Shown: piece after piece, positions 20,901 through 26,656 of the stretch | Position numbering within the stretch: position 1 is the stretch's first letter | Layout: each line of letters starts with the position of its first letter | Notes under the pieces: generated by a model | What the model saw: only the letters and a program-made list of their open reading frames with translations | What the model was told of the DNA's origin: nothing | The model's database searches: none | Virus record (IMG/VR): IMGVR_UViG_3300002461_001229 | Reading direction: 5' to 3' (one strand) | Source of the DNA: a virus | DNA: 64,000 nucleotides | Made by a program: the position numbers and the translations under genes

Positions 20901-23845
20901 ACACCGGACGCTAAGCCCTGATTGACCTCGCCGGAGAACGTGTGCTGCAGATACCGGTCATCGCCGGCAAACTCCTCCAGCCAGCGGGCATACTGCCAGA
21001 GACGAGCATTCCGCGGATCGTCCTGAGCCCCTTCGATGTCGCGGGTCAGGATGTCGGACGGCCGCATCACCCCCGAGCCGGATGCCATCACGTTCCGAAG
21101 AGCGACGACGACGTTCATCGCATTCCGCACGGTCGGCATGTAGTCCTTCGGCACTTTGATGCCGAGCACTTCGAGATCTTCGGCTGCCGAATCTATCACC
21201 GCCGCGGACTTGCCGAAGCTGGCGATGTTCTTGAGCACGTTCGAGCCGAAGAATTTCAACTGCCGGCCGATGTTCGCTTCCTCGCCGGCATTGGCTTCCA
21301 TGAACTTGTGGAATTCGCCGATCGATCCGAATTCAGCCTGCATCGACCGCAGCGAATCGCCGATCGCTTCTCGCCGCCGCTTCTGGGCTTCCGGGCTGTT
21401 CACGCCACGGAGCTCTGGCGGGCCTTCCCATGCCGAATAGACCATCGGCAGGAGGATGCCGGCGTTCGATGGCTTGCCGTCCTTGCCGGGCCGGGCCTGC
21501 TCCCTCGCGGCCTTGATCCGGTCTGCCCGCTTGAACGGGCCGACGACGAATTCATAGAACCCGGTGCCGCCGTCCTGGACGTCGTTGAGAAGTCGTTTGT
21601 ACCAGCTCGGGTCGTTGAGACTGGCGATGGCGTTGATCAGCTCGCTTTGCTCGGCTTCCTTGGCCTTGTCGAGCACGTCACGCGGGACGATGCCGAGGTT
21701 GGCGAGTGCTTCGACGTAGGCGATGTTCGGTGATCGCCGGGAAAGATTCTCGAGAGCTTGCTGCCCGAGCCGGTTTTCCGCGGGATCCTTGCTGCGAAGC
21801 ATTTCGAGGACGCGTCCGGTCTGGTTCGCGGCACTGTCCGCGGTCGCGTTCGCCCCGGTCGTTTGCTTGGCGACGTAGTCCTTGATGAACTGCTCGTTCT
21901 CAAGTCGCTTCTTGCGTGCGTCGGCGAACTTCGGGTCACTTTCGAGAGCCGCCCGGAGCCGGTCTGCGTTGATGCCCATTTCGGCAAATTCGGCGATCTT
22001 CGCATCGTCGATCTCGAACGTGCTCGCGATGAACTTGGCGATCGCGTCGTCGCGCGTCCGCTCCAGCAGCGGTTGGTTGAATTTGAGGAAGTCGCGGATC
22101 TCGGCCGCACGCTCCGCTGTGATCTGATAACGCCCCTTGGTCGGTTCGGTCGGCACGTTGGTAGCCTTGCCGCCCTCGGTCAGATAGACGAAGTCGCCGC
22201 CTCGCCGCTTCTGGAACTCGATAGCGGCCTGAACCTCGACCTTGTCGAGCGGCCGGCCGTACAGCTCATTGCCGAGCTGACGGACCGCTTGTTCGAACAC
22301 GTGCTGCCGTGGATCGGAGCCGAGCGGAGCGGTTGCCGGGTCAACGTCGGCGTAGAACGTGCCGATCCCCTCGGTTGACGGTCCTGCGGTCGTGCTTCGC
22401 GGGGCCCGGCGCGCTCGTGTCGGCGTTTCCTGCACCTGCGGAACGATGCCTTGTTGGGCATTGTTCGCCGCGTAGAGCTCAAGGGCCTCGATCTGCTTGA
22501 TCTCCTCGTCCGTGAAGATCCTTTGCTGCTTACCGGCCTGGACCGCGGCCCAGCCTTCAATGAACTTCTGCCGCAGCTCTTCGGAATCGGTAAAACCCTG
22601 CTCCAATCGCGTCTGATACGCTTTGCGAAGCATCGGATCAGGAGGCAGCTCACTTTTTGGCGGGGTCTTGCCGGCCACCCACGGTGGCAGCTCGGGAACG
22701 CCCTCCTCGCGGATCGTGCCGTCCGGCGAGAACACGAACGGTTTGCCGTCGCGCAGCCTGCGGACGTGGCCCTCGGGCACGTTGTCCTGGTTTGCGTCGA
22801 GCTGGTACTCGTTGCCCTCGGCATCGTATGCCCGCTTTGTCGGAGCGGTCGGCTTGAACTGCTTCGTCTTTTCGTCCAGCTCGTAAGTATCGCCGTCCTC
22901 GTTCTTGGCGAAATAGCGGCCGTCGATCTCGCCGGCGTACTTCAGCCCGTTGCCGACATCGCCCGTCTTTTGCCACTCGTATTTGAACGGTTTGCCGAAC
23001 TGATCGACGTTGGGGTCTTCTGCACCCTCCACGCCCGGCTGAAGAGCTGGCTGCCTCGGCGGCTTGCCCTTCCGGAACTTGGCATCGAACGCAGCAATAT
23101 CCTCCGGCCGGTGCGCGATCGGAGCAGTCGGACCGCCGACCTTGAAGTCCACCTGCGGAGCTCCGGACACCGGATCGCGGGTAATGCCGCCTGCGACCTC
23201 GTCGAGCCGCCGCAGATCCTTGAATCCACCCGTCCGGTCGACGTAGTGCCGGAATGTTTCCTTGTTGTTCGGAAGATAGGAGTACATCTTCCAATCCGGC
23301 ACCTCGCCGTGCTTTTTGTAGTATTTGAGCGCCCGGGACTTCGGTCCGCCGACGTAGGCCAGGCGACGACCGATCGGGTCATCGGAACCGCTGCGGAACT
23401 CCAGAGCCCCGATGGCGATATTGTCGATCTCGTCGTCGGGGTTGAGGCCGTGCTTCTGCCATTTCTTTGCCGTGGACGGCATCACCTGCGAGAAACCGAT
23501 CGCCCGCTCACCGGACTTGGTCGGGACGCCCCTGATCACGCGGCCGGCGTCGTCAAAATGCCTGCGCCCGGACTCGTGCTTCGTGACCATATCGAAGTCG
23601 TCGAAGACATCGTCCTCCATGTCGAGCTTGAGGCCACGCAGCCGGTCGAGCACGCGTTGGCGACGCTCGGCTTCTTTATTTGCCGGTGCCGACGCGGTTC
23701 GCTTGGGCCGCTGAGCCCTCGGTTTTGGCTTGGCGGCTTTTGGAGTGTCTGCGAAGGCATCTAAAGCGGAAAAATCCTGAGTCTGTTGAGACTCGGGATC
23801 ATCCGCAAACGCGTCGAGAGCAGAAAAGTCGGTTTCTCGTTCCAT
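2990..23845 (-). CDS. Giant (6951 aa) polyvalent internal-virion/ejection protein, DarB-like
   Basis: Single 20.9-kb ORF. Motifs: lytic transglycosylase (HES...GFSQVMPSTA...AYVGGP, ~23300-23620); DdrB-like ParB (LQPRDR...ITGNGRTLA, ~19050-19560); SF2 helicase (GTGTGKT, DEAH, SAT, QKEGRIYR, ~12250-14100); N6A MTase (LEPSAGHG, NPPY, ~11650-12080); two EEIQSD-type domains (~7600-10790); zincin-like QEIFH/EEVAA (~6975-7204). Confidence 0.93.
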   Translation of the reverse strand: MERETDFSALDAFADDPESQQTQDFSALDAFADTPKAAKPKPRAQRPKRTASAPANKEAERRQRVLDRLRGLKLDMEDDVFDDFDMVTKHESGRRHFDDAGRVIRGVPTKSGERAIGFSQVMPSTAKKWQKHGLNPDDEIDNIAIGALEFRSGSDDPIGRRLAYVGGPKSRALKYYKKHGEVPDWKMYSYLPNNKETFRHYVDRTGGFKDLRRLDEVAGGITRDPVSGAPQVDFKVGGPTAPIAHRPEDIAAFDAKFRKGKPPRQPALQPGVEGAEDPNVDQFGKPFKYEWQKTGDVGNGLKYAGEIDGRYFAKNEDGDTYELDEKTKQFKPTAPTKRAYDAEGNEYQLDANQDNVPEGHVRRLRDGKPFVFSPDGTIREEGVPELPPWVAGKTPPKSELPPDPMLRKAYQTRLEQGFTDSEELRQKFIEGWAAVQAGKQQRIFTDEEIKQIEALELYAANNAQQGIVPQVQETPTRARRAPRSTTAGPSTEGIGTFYADVDPATAPLGSDPRQHVFEQAVRQLGNELYGRPLDKVEVQAAIEFQKRRGGDFVYLTEGGKATNVPTEPTKGRYQITAERAAEIRDFLKFNQPLLERTRDDAIAKFIASTFEIDDAKIAEFAEMGINADRLRAALESDPKFADARKKRLENEQFIKDYVAKQTTGANATADSAANQTGRVLEMLRSKDPAENRLGQQALENLSRRSPNIAYVEALANLGIVPRDVLDKAKEAEQSELINAIASLNDPSWYKRLLNDVQDGGTGFYEFVVGPFKRADRIKAAREQARPGKDGKPSNAGILLPMVYSAWEGPPELRGVNSPEAQKRRREAIGDSLRSMQAEFGSIGEFHKFMEANAGEEANIGRQLKFFGSNVLKNIASFGKSAAVIDSAAEDLEVLGIKVPKDYMPTVRNAMNVVVALRNVMASGSGVMRPSDILTRDIEGAQDDPRNARLWQYARWLEEFAGDDRYLQHTFSGEVNQGLASGVVFLGAGFALKKFKYAIPALGAGMEIGNTFEEMVKAGIPVEQAKNWAVLVGAGSGYMEKFGLGGTANRMLARLGTELSDESVKTLSRSMVEFAKAAGRGAAQGIAREMPEEAIQEWAQSSFVDAAVKAIAAQNPSEGRLILNFLDELPKAIAENFHSAVIGGATGGILGGGTQTVGSVIGEGIRQSRMPGEQPEAEAEIPEGELRTPQAAEDAGESAILEKFGDRTGQATVRGLDMGGRDTAALDDIANEVAPGTVQTPQQAATEPAGGVQTPEGTQTPPATPPTQPAGQAKPKTRLPRNVIGKEVEIEGKGTGRIVAIRQGKFVVDYDYRGRPGEEFYHRQDFFTPEQLAIGGTSLTEYKPPKAPKQTTSARQPTQFGAEDFGGEIIERVPQPGQAGQPAQPAGQPTTAEVVRKIRTGRAASGKGAAIQKFTPTEDMPIDTVYTSTNDKYDVVPVVISRDDIIGSWEEGYPELLQPRDRDSIASDAQADEIARNLIPAKLGDNVNAGDGRMLVVPVEVDGKIKYALITGNGRTLALDLARERYPERFEEYQGFAKSKDPSVQGDNLMYVGILDNTKLEDGDLRQIAVDANKSTVAAMSPVEQAKVDSETLDSSLMQKFVVNDAGDIDTAGNREFIADTRQDDDQDEALSDGERKHIDKLIEQGFTATTGRMTPNGQQWFLLDTKTGSQEQISRAGRDYAYEKLGTPDKQGLRSGPMFDEPIEMRGDTPSDDDLGKMFDDLVPEEDSAPSLFDAEVKAADADKARIARLPDDEFRKELDKISPEALDKHADRSNGGRDISFTTADSPATELSGRGRIIGEAISNNESVFKVRHYDQSKGEWLTAYVAEADVDEWLPDGTLNEFLAANPDSAITKVGLQNGPLPEPERTPETVKKALAQTKRQIKKLENADEVDENALAAAEQQLDSLEAELAAMATTTAPKPEDLKAKYPVGRKLLHRTGGKPWKVTGHQSDFGKSGQIGIRLERGTDRTIMSVADLEKKFKTEKPTESNRRTAEDLFSDTAATIGDLFDTLQTFEIDPDATAGQLEEIEKIKPQVNAIKGQSKAAKAQREPLRARIRELQAEITSYMDSQETAWVQFTEDVLQQLVKAAQQYKLLEQPTDENIHSLYDVIERLTDPRFFDGINMDVLLEDHVDDLLGEAFDTIQRIKRTFVTAPQTSDTTRALTADPENRSLTDTPEKRAAMSRAYLAAYAEDSEETWGGPMDWAAVDQLMTMPREEYGLVGVIERFMTDPAVAPILAELERSAGVSDAEIEILKDFGGIYGLDPDIIEDIIGEILEIARDRGETDGGAADTLPEPDGSGAPDSDQGSETSIFKEEPEGEVGNPDTSGLFAEQEKQEDEELSKEAEAERQAERERHRDFRNSVAAQVPALDDVLAFENPFYNAGKFPKKKGQGYASNEEALAAERAELERLTNRYNANLADLKNPEATEELDQYLWNSAPVNMKLVLTHIGWAKANINELEKALGNTPPFKAGKQKFDWYFPSKEEVRETDQADNAATPEAQPPSLEALRGAEQTDLFGLEADNTGLFAQDGPTAIEPKQAEDNSKAAIKESLLSKAETEARRQVIETFGEEIGELLYDTRNDKATPKASSAAQGIISRWSGEDTDSEAVQQLIADAATAIEWIREAELRGANLDEFVRQAAIGREGLTIAQRKIYDLIASNKFGRQADELLRNAKTASEVAANVAEIEGGLEDGKVTLQQLIDVYGYTHKWEQNKKLEPAFRGAYVIGRNDDFVYVEEVYAGEGDLPPMVDVVIEHVGEFSEFEAPGEYVVTEDDFYYYFGFDVRIPEGAKVYDDYFERDLEPDSEDGTDDVEVREDDVPTERTGDADSLRESDAKPPGQRIEPGSEQSLFGDSSALEGTPGDSNVREEAAERPDAVDRDAGRGDGVSQEGISDDQQAASDAGGEAVPRTEVDLGALFDELVPPAGEAPTTNLFGEQSRTEPVYLGNQKKVRKAIEAGHGFLAVAPSGLSRDEVAKSDIAIAAVGGAIKHLADRAAELGLTDNTHTIYQVSNENVWEYEIEANRSAESRGTTKKQRAAAKQTSIPRGSVPITKYRVYDANGVEQVGNIVDPAIAQRQLEHYPGGRIEAYDGYILKEFADKLTSAKESTGKGIDEAIKGLGKLFDPKKFKSSTVPAFDDETYQAAKPHFLEAYNHFKDAAQNIGDAMRLLIDQMRAEGYDNETLRLMKPYIVQFVADIRDGVIGQDLTTPEDIIDSVPEPESKDAAERLEQQKAAEGKSVKIGDLANIQATVPVLFKEQHEDVRFVEDALFVRDGNGVMLTNGTGTGKTFSGLGVVKRMAMQGKDNIFIVVPSQEIANAWISAATNFGLQVRQLADTQDNGAEGIVITTYANMQQNPSLIKRQWDLIVADEAHTLSSNKDGKPTGASKALRAMTLHKRGKMDYWRQATIKEVTEREQAEARIEVVRALLERYEDEGPQMADRAKEAREELRSLEDAVATLNKQIEKIGNAAVAEWDRRIADEPKGKALMLSATPFAYRKSVDYAEGYLFDYDDGKVPDDQLGRTRHYNEPNNQEAFMIEHFGYRMRYNKLTEPGPEVDTDIMERQFNTWLKQQRVLSGRMLGIDQDYSREFLLIKEGIGQKIDDGLKWLQEAEGGRFRPLAEIVNKSFSYHNRMFLLEAIKAKAAVPIIDAHVEAGRKVVVFHKFNVGGGFHPFKPKVPNEKTLISVGGKTIEVNLKDLYAEFTRKRPDLIALPFEGLESPIETFAESFKGGATSLQHVQLNGTQSKKANRESMAIFNTDNSEIDIILVQADKGQAGISLHDTTGKHQRVMIDLGLPSRPVEAIQKEGRIYRLGTKTNAPMFYFTTGTLWEATAFAQTMAERSSTAENLSLGEEARALRQSIIDSFLEPRTDPMPTELDGVGGKERDRAGQQAISEYERAKTFFFGQQKKTSKTKSAEGEDYYPTPEPLGLKMVEFADIAAGHSVLEPSAGHGAIARFLPQTSRNTVIEPSQELMTRLRLHIPPSDTNRFEQDVFESLDVRANKFDVVLMNPPYGKGGKTAMEHLAKAFEHLRTNGRVVAILPEGPAADKRLEQLMAGQTEKARKLIVRSDPNTFAPLSLYEGDTVQVTDKGTIYGVTRAETVRRGFEFIATLHGTDAQGSPMTMELRGSDRFDKVIAGPRIVPASTRVVKTAEISLPTKTFERAGTGVKTRMVVLDKLAGKELELHEPWGLLDLSDVRTFDELFDEFEELTIPPRPYGGEAARRAEQEAIEREAKFEAEREARAQQNASGRAAAIPHGQHAFDLREFQHTTQGHMIYVAKPTGPKMNKDEFKRISAIARTHGGYYSSFKKDGAIPGFHFRSPEARDAFNAEAEGDSTMLSIAEPAAAPAFYSAAERAIETKMPNRAPADQVRKILEGPGIKREEVEWLGVDEWLEGKRTVTKDEMLEFMRDARIQIEEKVLRKRERDERSPADRNSTDVDERHEAAREELAEMFDLDTWDIIPATVEATRQQLINDLLNRADQDDDLDEALTSVIGASSEEYWGIEEDDYEELEEAWDNLRMASREARGADGAMDEQDPATGALQYDNPDWRLSGPHSNYREFVFTLPQQYSMLRMKYRDELAAKYGSGEAVWQNWTEAEQAEFDRLTDIDLGNDANSPAFTTGHFGGMPNILFWVRATERIDADGKRVFVIEEIQSDWHQRGRKQGYNTKMPEPVFEWTTTEGVASGEWKAAISSPHGDIIGYGPTKERAAEAAKQSWRGKFSAIPDAPFKKSWHELAFKKMLRRAVEEGYDRVAWTTGKQQNKRWSLSKVVDEIESGIDHFDSNHPTRPDQEYLHITLRRDGGDLYLKVDPENGVVISAPDALLKTEGEHLSEVLPKAIADKILSEQYVLIEDIAEVEIGGEGMRGFYDKMVPGFVSKYVKKWGAKVGRTEIPTINDERSTLGGQRDRNELRKVADDFLTRNAIGIRELNDFVSTGRDISEADARAMSVDELTAYLLGTKYESLHSVDITPAMKQSVMDEGQPMFSIYEPARKEVRFYSGLERAVEGLKQEKFSVDQVMNVINKLPGIRAEELDHTLLDVFVQLQADLGARSITKDELLKKIRASKIVVEPLALGWDGDQDSAKFRGYAEPFPASREDYKEMFLTAPFAEGGWIDGHPEYADVKNPVVRIRMDKVTLDDGRRALMVHEVQGPDEDNMAKMPAVLQKYHKQMGLKYAMQYAIDQGLDAVAWTTGEQQLARYPIEKTVDRIEFSKNLSGQSLIRVTAKGDRDPIRITAGPHGTIINSSEDKFVDRKLTEVFPKALANQILEQTSGTIEGDGLKIGGDSLRNLYDKVIPAHMKKIYGRYAAKVENGEISYDPYLKLTDFRVEELELELVNPAPHLHRFKVTATDSATGLPAYRGTFLTREAAEQYIKEAKEVFRRKTHPVWTMGITDPLREALATDEQPMYSIEEENRKQAIKILKTLDIEDVVPMVEATRSGDRVKLNLPAMELLRRAFEQVDIEAGKRKVGDESTYPAFLGLFTDAAKLIKVEQALMAAAVNAAETGHPAADAMLSGLANDIADARKAGQQTAVFYVYDAKLPQEIFHQAVYLGSVEKHLTKRHARPAELDKMPQVRKAWDSFFSQQPEYSPERLRQTANMSKANAEALSKALVREEVAAWVAEGSWEELGLTKDEGQEYLFEFLESFADKVYADTKKEGKSDEDAERAVEAALRRFEEIEHVQEATQRVLAAARKEVDAGTDGRPDGRDTQGNAKGKPSGASGGVQEAPRPDAEQGAKPYDLEGFEPKTQSKVAGDASEIPETKQFPGVRSKTELASLPGTERAAGIAADDVIYTVFSDRAAQAAAKRMLTENSTEEVLKILKNTESPDVHHAIAAFSIQQSLREEATRIEATKPDEAAKLRRVSIDLGVHLAMKMVRAGRFIRAAGVILKTTDGLIAVAQKTYQDRHGVGNDLPADIIRRIEEKAGKAEVDLAEHEAFRRQMESLQRQLDALKQELAGSEDAIRTSRKVTGRRKKFVTEIRESQKESVAAALQRMQSRALIRAAFPQHVSPMSASEQQVLDDVTMMSVFDEAKLPDEILKDMGILGADILLEGLALPSDKMIRPLTFDEQMIAMYGEDIRPHLEDVHRESLRQRDVWIKENQRKKEIKAIIDELGDHLTEDDIEAIIQARADELERRVLITKLHRVRAERGQKTEAVTTIEGVIARIAKPGQEAAVAAAVELIHRKPSAQEFYRLLEAIGIKNKDAREALREGKELLDQARLVFKREEEERKDELRDRIKQGDEELHQLEKEVAASRVRARESQAEIEKELKRIGSGEFMYRVSQAREAINTPRAIMASADLSFLLRQGGWFMFARPEDQGPAFLALLNATTERFNRLGYERTMDAMEDNPYFELSVQAGMDYAGLGKHGEFSITKGEEEFRSNMLRHMANWSKGKSFHKFNIARLPNAIIQKSDELYTAFLDAQRLSTFAQTAELWASRGITFETHPKEYRALASYINDATGRAAIPELLGGSRAASLLMNLPLFAPRFTLSRFKLLWKSTLGMAFLPPETRRIVFRDALRFYGTTGALMSLAWLGGATIGFDWDDADFLKLRWGPEDKDTTDMLIGMQQSLRVTMRIIQASLRRFVGPEWSNGLIRDSLYHVDDNGRVLVNEFRAEMGLNVETSIWMNFLRTKLGPPASLMVDWVQDSNVIGEKFRWDKAIVSRVTPLGLQETVEAGYDGGVATALAAFAHTMLGVGYGHYQKSLTGQRTEAQKLAAKINGLRFSSTVETEEAKAARDVLNGLRDAARQGEDISEQVKAMYEAGDLTKQEAERLLLGGEVNPLFLQIRNMPVGLIKEVRKIATPSETEMIDTLLDSKQARKQKTDRRQSAAEELFGKTPLMRGGVTDAPTKPLAERMKRASVRDALILYQEYQAQLSDEQKATLRSELRRKLTTSSRRGTLSDENREAAEKIFGGELNLPRPRPRRRSPSRSRQPLRGLEGVY
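6571..6789 (-). CDS. Nested +1-frame small gene A (72 aa) inside the giant gene
   Basis: GAGGAG, 7 nt, ATG; MSKKQPKEFSPQPEKRSMLAQTADLMAEIRKEMPKASRAERLAEFKKRHDLMLSK. Giant-frame codons switch to A/T-ending here. Confidence 0.55.
   Translation of the reverse strand: MSKKQPKEFSPQPEKRSMLAQTADLMAEIRKEMPKASRAERLAEFKKRHDLMLSKEQSPTTSKDSSPKPKAK
15100..15459 (-). CDS. Nested +1-frame small gene B (119 aa) inside the giant gene
   Basis: AAGGAG, 9 nt, ATG; protein-like helical sequence MMTISSEIWNRIARTEPMMSKFGKTMFRLSEPEMRIACERAMRSLRAKGLNPEVSRAFLEIAPLWKEHQAIAMY...LAEKLFRELK, with G/C-ending codons. Confidence 0.65.
   Translation of the reverse strand: MMTISSEIWNRIARTEPMMSKFGKTMFRLSEPEMRIACERAMRSLRAKGLNPEVSRAFLEIAPLWKEHQAIAMYARKQPSVPMPSIETLDEAMEYLRKESPMISKQQATLAEKLFRELK
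16816..16983 (-). CDS. Nested +1-frame small gene C (55 aa) inside the giant gene
   Basis: AGGGGAG, 6 nt, ATG; MEELRTRFPNLTDQAHRIAIKAAKR. Only the first ~25 codons look protein-like. Confidence 0.4.
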   Translation of the reverse strand: MEELRTRFPNLTDQAHRIAIKAAKRASSRKNRKAKSATPTRPASLPSKKSKKTKS

Positions 23846-23847
23846 GA

Positions 23848-25407
23848 TTACTTGATCACGCCATTTTGCTTAGCTTTTGCGACCGCCGATTCGACGGCTT
23901 CAGGGCTCATCCCGCGGTTCTGGTAGTAGCGCCGGGCCTCGGCTTCGCTGAACGTGCCGCCCGCCCGCCGCTGGGCCGCTCCGCCTTGGGGTTTGCTCGC
24001 TTCTTTCTCTGCGTTCCGCTTCCTGGTCTGAGCCGCGGCAATCTCACCCTTGAGAGCAGCGATCCGCCGATCGTAGTCGCTGACGTCAAGCCCTTGGTCG
24101 ATATCGCGTTGCCGAGCAACTGAAAGGTCGGTCAACTCGCTCGAAGCTTTTGCGATCTGAGCATCGGCCTCACCAATTGCTCCGCGTGTCTTCGCCGCCT
24201 GGTCCTGTGCTCGTTCCGCCGCACGCTCCTCGCGGGTTTCCGCCCGTTCGGTCCTGCCGGCATTCGCCTGAGCGACACCGACTGCGGTGCCGAGAACATC
24301 CTTCGGAAGTGCCGGCACGTACTTGCCCGGGCTTCCCGGTACTTCGACGTCATGCTCTTGTTTTAGCGGGTCGATGCCGACGCTGGTATTGACTCCGTAC
24401 TCGGCTTCGTTCTGGAGGCGGATCAGTCGCTTGCCGCCCGGTCCGTCGATTTCGACGAAACGCGGGTTGTTCGGGTCGCGCAGATCTATCCCGTACTTCT
24501 GCGAGATATGGTTCAGGTCCGCGTCGTCCAAATAGCCTTTGCCGGCCAGCATGTCGATCTCGGGCTTCGCTAGGTCGTAGAGAGCTTGCTGGCTTTTGAG
24601 CCCTTCCTGCGTGACGCCTTGCCGGGCCTTCTCTTTCTCCATTTCCTGCTGATACTCACCGAGAGCCCGATCCTTGTACTGCTGGGATTTGAATCGCTGG
24701 TGCATTTCGGGCTTGAGGCCGAACGCTCCCGCTCCCGTCGCGGCAGCTCCCGCGAGGCCGGCAAGTCCGCCCTGCCCGCCGTTCTCGCCCCACATCCGGA
24801 ACGCGTTCCAGAGTCCGGAACCGATACGGTTCATTACCGATCTTTCCCGCGGTGCCGGAGGCGTCGTTTCGTAGCGGTTTCTGGCAGCTTCGAGTGGCGA
24901 CATTTCCCGCCGCCTGCTGTACATATCAACCTCGCCCTGCGAACCGGTGCCTTCCGGGTTGTTGGCAAGGTACTGCTGAATCTGATCGATCGGAAGATCG
25001 CCGCCCGACATCGCTCCGCCCGGCAACGTGGACGGTCCGGCACCTTCCGGCGACTGCCCGAGCATCATCATCGCGGCCGGGTCGGTGTTGCCGATCGTCT
25101 GCTGCTGAAACATTGCTGCCGCTCGCGGATCCTGCTGAGGCTGAGCGGCGAACTGATCCCCCTCGGTGCCGCCCATCGTCATCGTCTGATCCGTCATTTC
25201 GGGAGGAGCTTCGAAGAAGCGCGGCCTGTGGCCACCGCCGTCCATCGCCTCGCCGACCATCCGGCGTGCCGCCTGGTCGATGCCGGGCCGGTGCAGGACC
25301 TCGCCGAGCTGCTCCGCCATCCCTTCGTCGAGCTGCGGCCGATATTTCATATCGCTGACGGGCTTCGCCTTTTTGGCTGTATTGAAAAGAAGTTCTCCGA
25401 TGTTCAT
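23848..25407 (-). CDS. Putative internal virion/DNA ejection protein (519 aa)
   Basis: Q/G/A-rich with a G-A hydrophobic segment (GGLAGLAGAAATGAGAFGL) and coiled coils; directly upstream of the giant gene. Confidence 0.7.
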   Translation of the reverse strand: MNIGELLFNTAKKAKPVSDMKYRPQLDEGMAEQLGEVLHRPGIDQAARRMVGEAMDGGGHRPRFFEAPPEMTDQTMTMGGTEGDQFAAQPQQDPRAAAMFQQQTIGNTDPAAMMMLGQSPEGAGPSTLPGGAMSGGDLPIDQIQQYLANNPEGTGSQGEVDMYSRRREMSPLEAARNRYETTPPAPRERSVMNRIGSGLWNAFRMWGENGGQGGLAGLAGAAATGAGAFGLKPEMHQRFKSQQYKDRALGEYQQEMEKEKARQGVTQEGLKSQQALYDLAKPEIDMLAGKGYLDDADLNHISQKYGIDLRDPNNPRFVEIDGPGGKRLIRLQNEAEYGVNTSVGIDPLKQEHDVEVPGSPGKYVPALPKDVLGTAVGVAQANAGRTERAETREERAAERAQDQAAKTRGAIGEADAQIAKASSELTDLSVARQRDIDQGLDVSDYDRRIAALKGEIAAAQTRKRNAEKEASKPQGGAAQRRAGGTFSEAEARRYYQNRGMSPEAVESAVAKAKQNGVIK

Positions 25408-26156
25408 TGCTCAGGTACTCCGATAATTTTGCGAGCTGCTTCGAGGTTTGCAGTTGGCGACCATTCGACACGCTCGATGTCAGTCTTGGCCTTCGGGCAG
25501 AACACCGGGCCCACGCCCGGCCTCAAACATGCCGTGCACGCCGCGATATTGCCGGTATCACGTGTTTCGCTTGGCTTTTCGTAGGGAATGTTGAGCTGAC
25601 GAAGGACATCGACAACCTCGTCGTCCGTCCACTCATAAAGCGGAAAATCGAGGACCGCGTAGCCGAGATCCATCCGGTCGCTCGGAGCGAGAGGCAGATC
25701 GCCCCAAATGAAGTGGCGGTCGGTCCGCTTGGTGCCGAGCACGTGGGTTTTGAAGCGGACCGGTGGCGTCACCCGATCGTTCTCGAACCTGATCCCGACG
25801 TCAAACGAGCAGCGTTCACCGTGGACCATGTCGCGGATCACCGGGAGGCACTGTCCTTCGGGGCCGATCGGATAGAACGAGATGAAGGCAGTGTCCTTGT
25901 TCGCGTTCCCGACCATCATTCCGCGCACCGGCCGGTAGCTGTAGAGTGCCGCCCGTTCGCGAGCCAGGAGCTTGTACACGAGGTTCTTTTGCAGGGCTGA
26001 CCAGCCATCATCGAAACGAAGAAGATTCACGGTAACCCCGAGGCTTCGGGCAACGTGATAGAGCAGCAGCGAGTCCTTGCCGCCCGAAAACCACAACGCG
26101 GCATTCGTGGTGAAGGTCTCGCTGACTCGCTCTTTAAGCTGGTCGAGTTTGGTCAT
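25404..26156 (-). CDS. PAPS-reductase-like / adenine nucleotide alpha-hydrolase (PP-loop) protein
   Basis: WFSGGKDS PP-loop, GTKRTD, and C-terminal CTAC...FCP cysteines. Confidence 0.8.
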   Translation of the reverse strand: MTKLDQLKERVSETFTTNAALWFSGGKDSLLLYHVARSLGVTVNLLRFDDGWSALQKNLVYKLLARERAALYSYRPVRGMMVGNANKDTAFISFYPIGPEGQCLPVIRDMVHGERCSFDVGIRFENDRVTPPVRFKTHVLGTKRTDRHFIWGDLPLAPSDRMDLGYAVLDFPLYEWTDDEVVDVLRQLNIPYEKPSETRDTGNIAACTACLRPGVGPVFCPKAKTDIERVEWSPTANLEAARKIIGVPEQ

Positions 26157-26163
26157 ATCACGC

Positions 26164-26640
26164 TTACGCAGCTCCGGCCGCGCCGACCGACGCCCCTCCG
26201 GTCGGTATCGCCGACGCCAGCATCGCTCCGCCCATCAAACCTTGAGTGAGCATTCCGCCCCAATCGAACGGCTGGACGGTCGTTTGCGTGCCGCCCGTCT
26301 GGACGAACTTGTCCTGCGTCATGTTGGCGAGGTTCATTGCCCCGCTGGTCTTGGCCATGTGCTCCCGCGATCGAGCATCGGAGAGCGCTGCCCCCTTCTG
26401 CATCCGGATATTGAAGAGCTGGCCGGCTTTGACCTTGTTGCGGGCAGGCTCGGGCAGGTCTTGCTCGAACACCTGATTGTCGATGTCGTTCTCGGCCTGG
26501 CCGTAGGCAAATGCCAGCGGAGAGGTGAAGTCAGCACCTTCGCGGACAAGCCCGCGGGCCCACTTGGTGTCCTGAGTGTCCTGGTACGGCACGTAACCGT
26601 GCGTGTTTTTAGTTGTCGTGGTGGTCTTTTTTTTCCCCAT
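26164..26640 (-). CDS. Small internal virion/pilot-type ejection protein (158 aa)
   Basis: Start re-assigned to MGKKKTTTTTK (GGAG SD just after the copy-2 terminator); Gly/Ala-rich hydrophobic C-terminus. Confidence 0.65.
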   Translation of the reverse strand: MGKKKTTTTTKNTHGYVPYQDTQDTKWARGLVREGADFTSPLAFAYGQAENDIDNQVFEQDLPEPARNKVKAGQLFNIRMQKGAALSDARSREHMAKTSGAMNLANMTQDKFVQTGGTQTTVQPFDWGGMLTQGLMGGAMLASAIPTGGASVGAAGAA

Positions 26641-26656
26641 CTGTGACTCCAATGAG

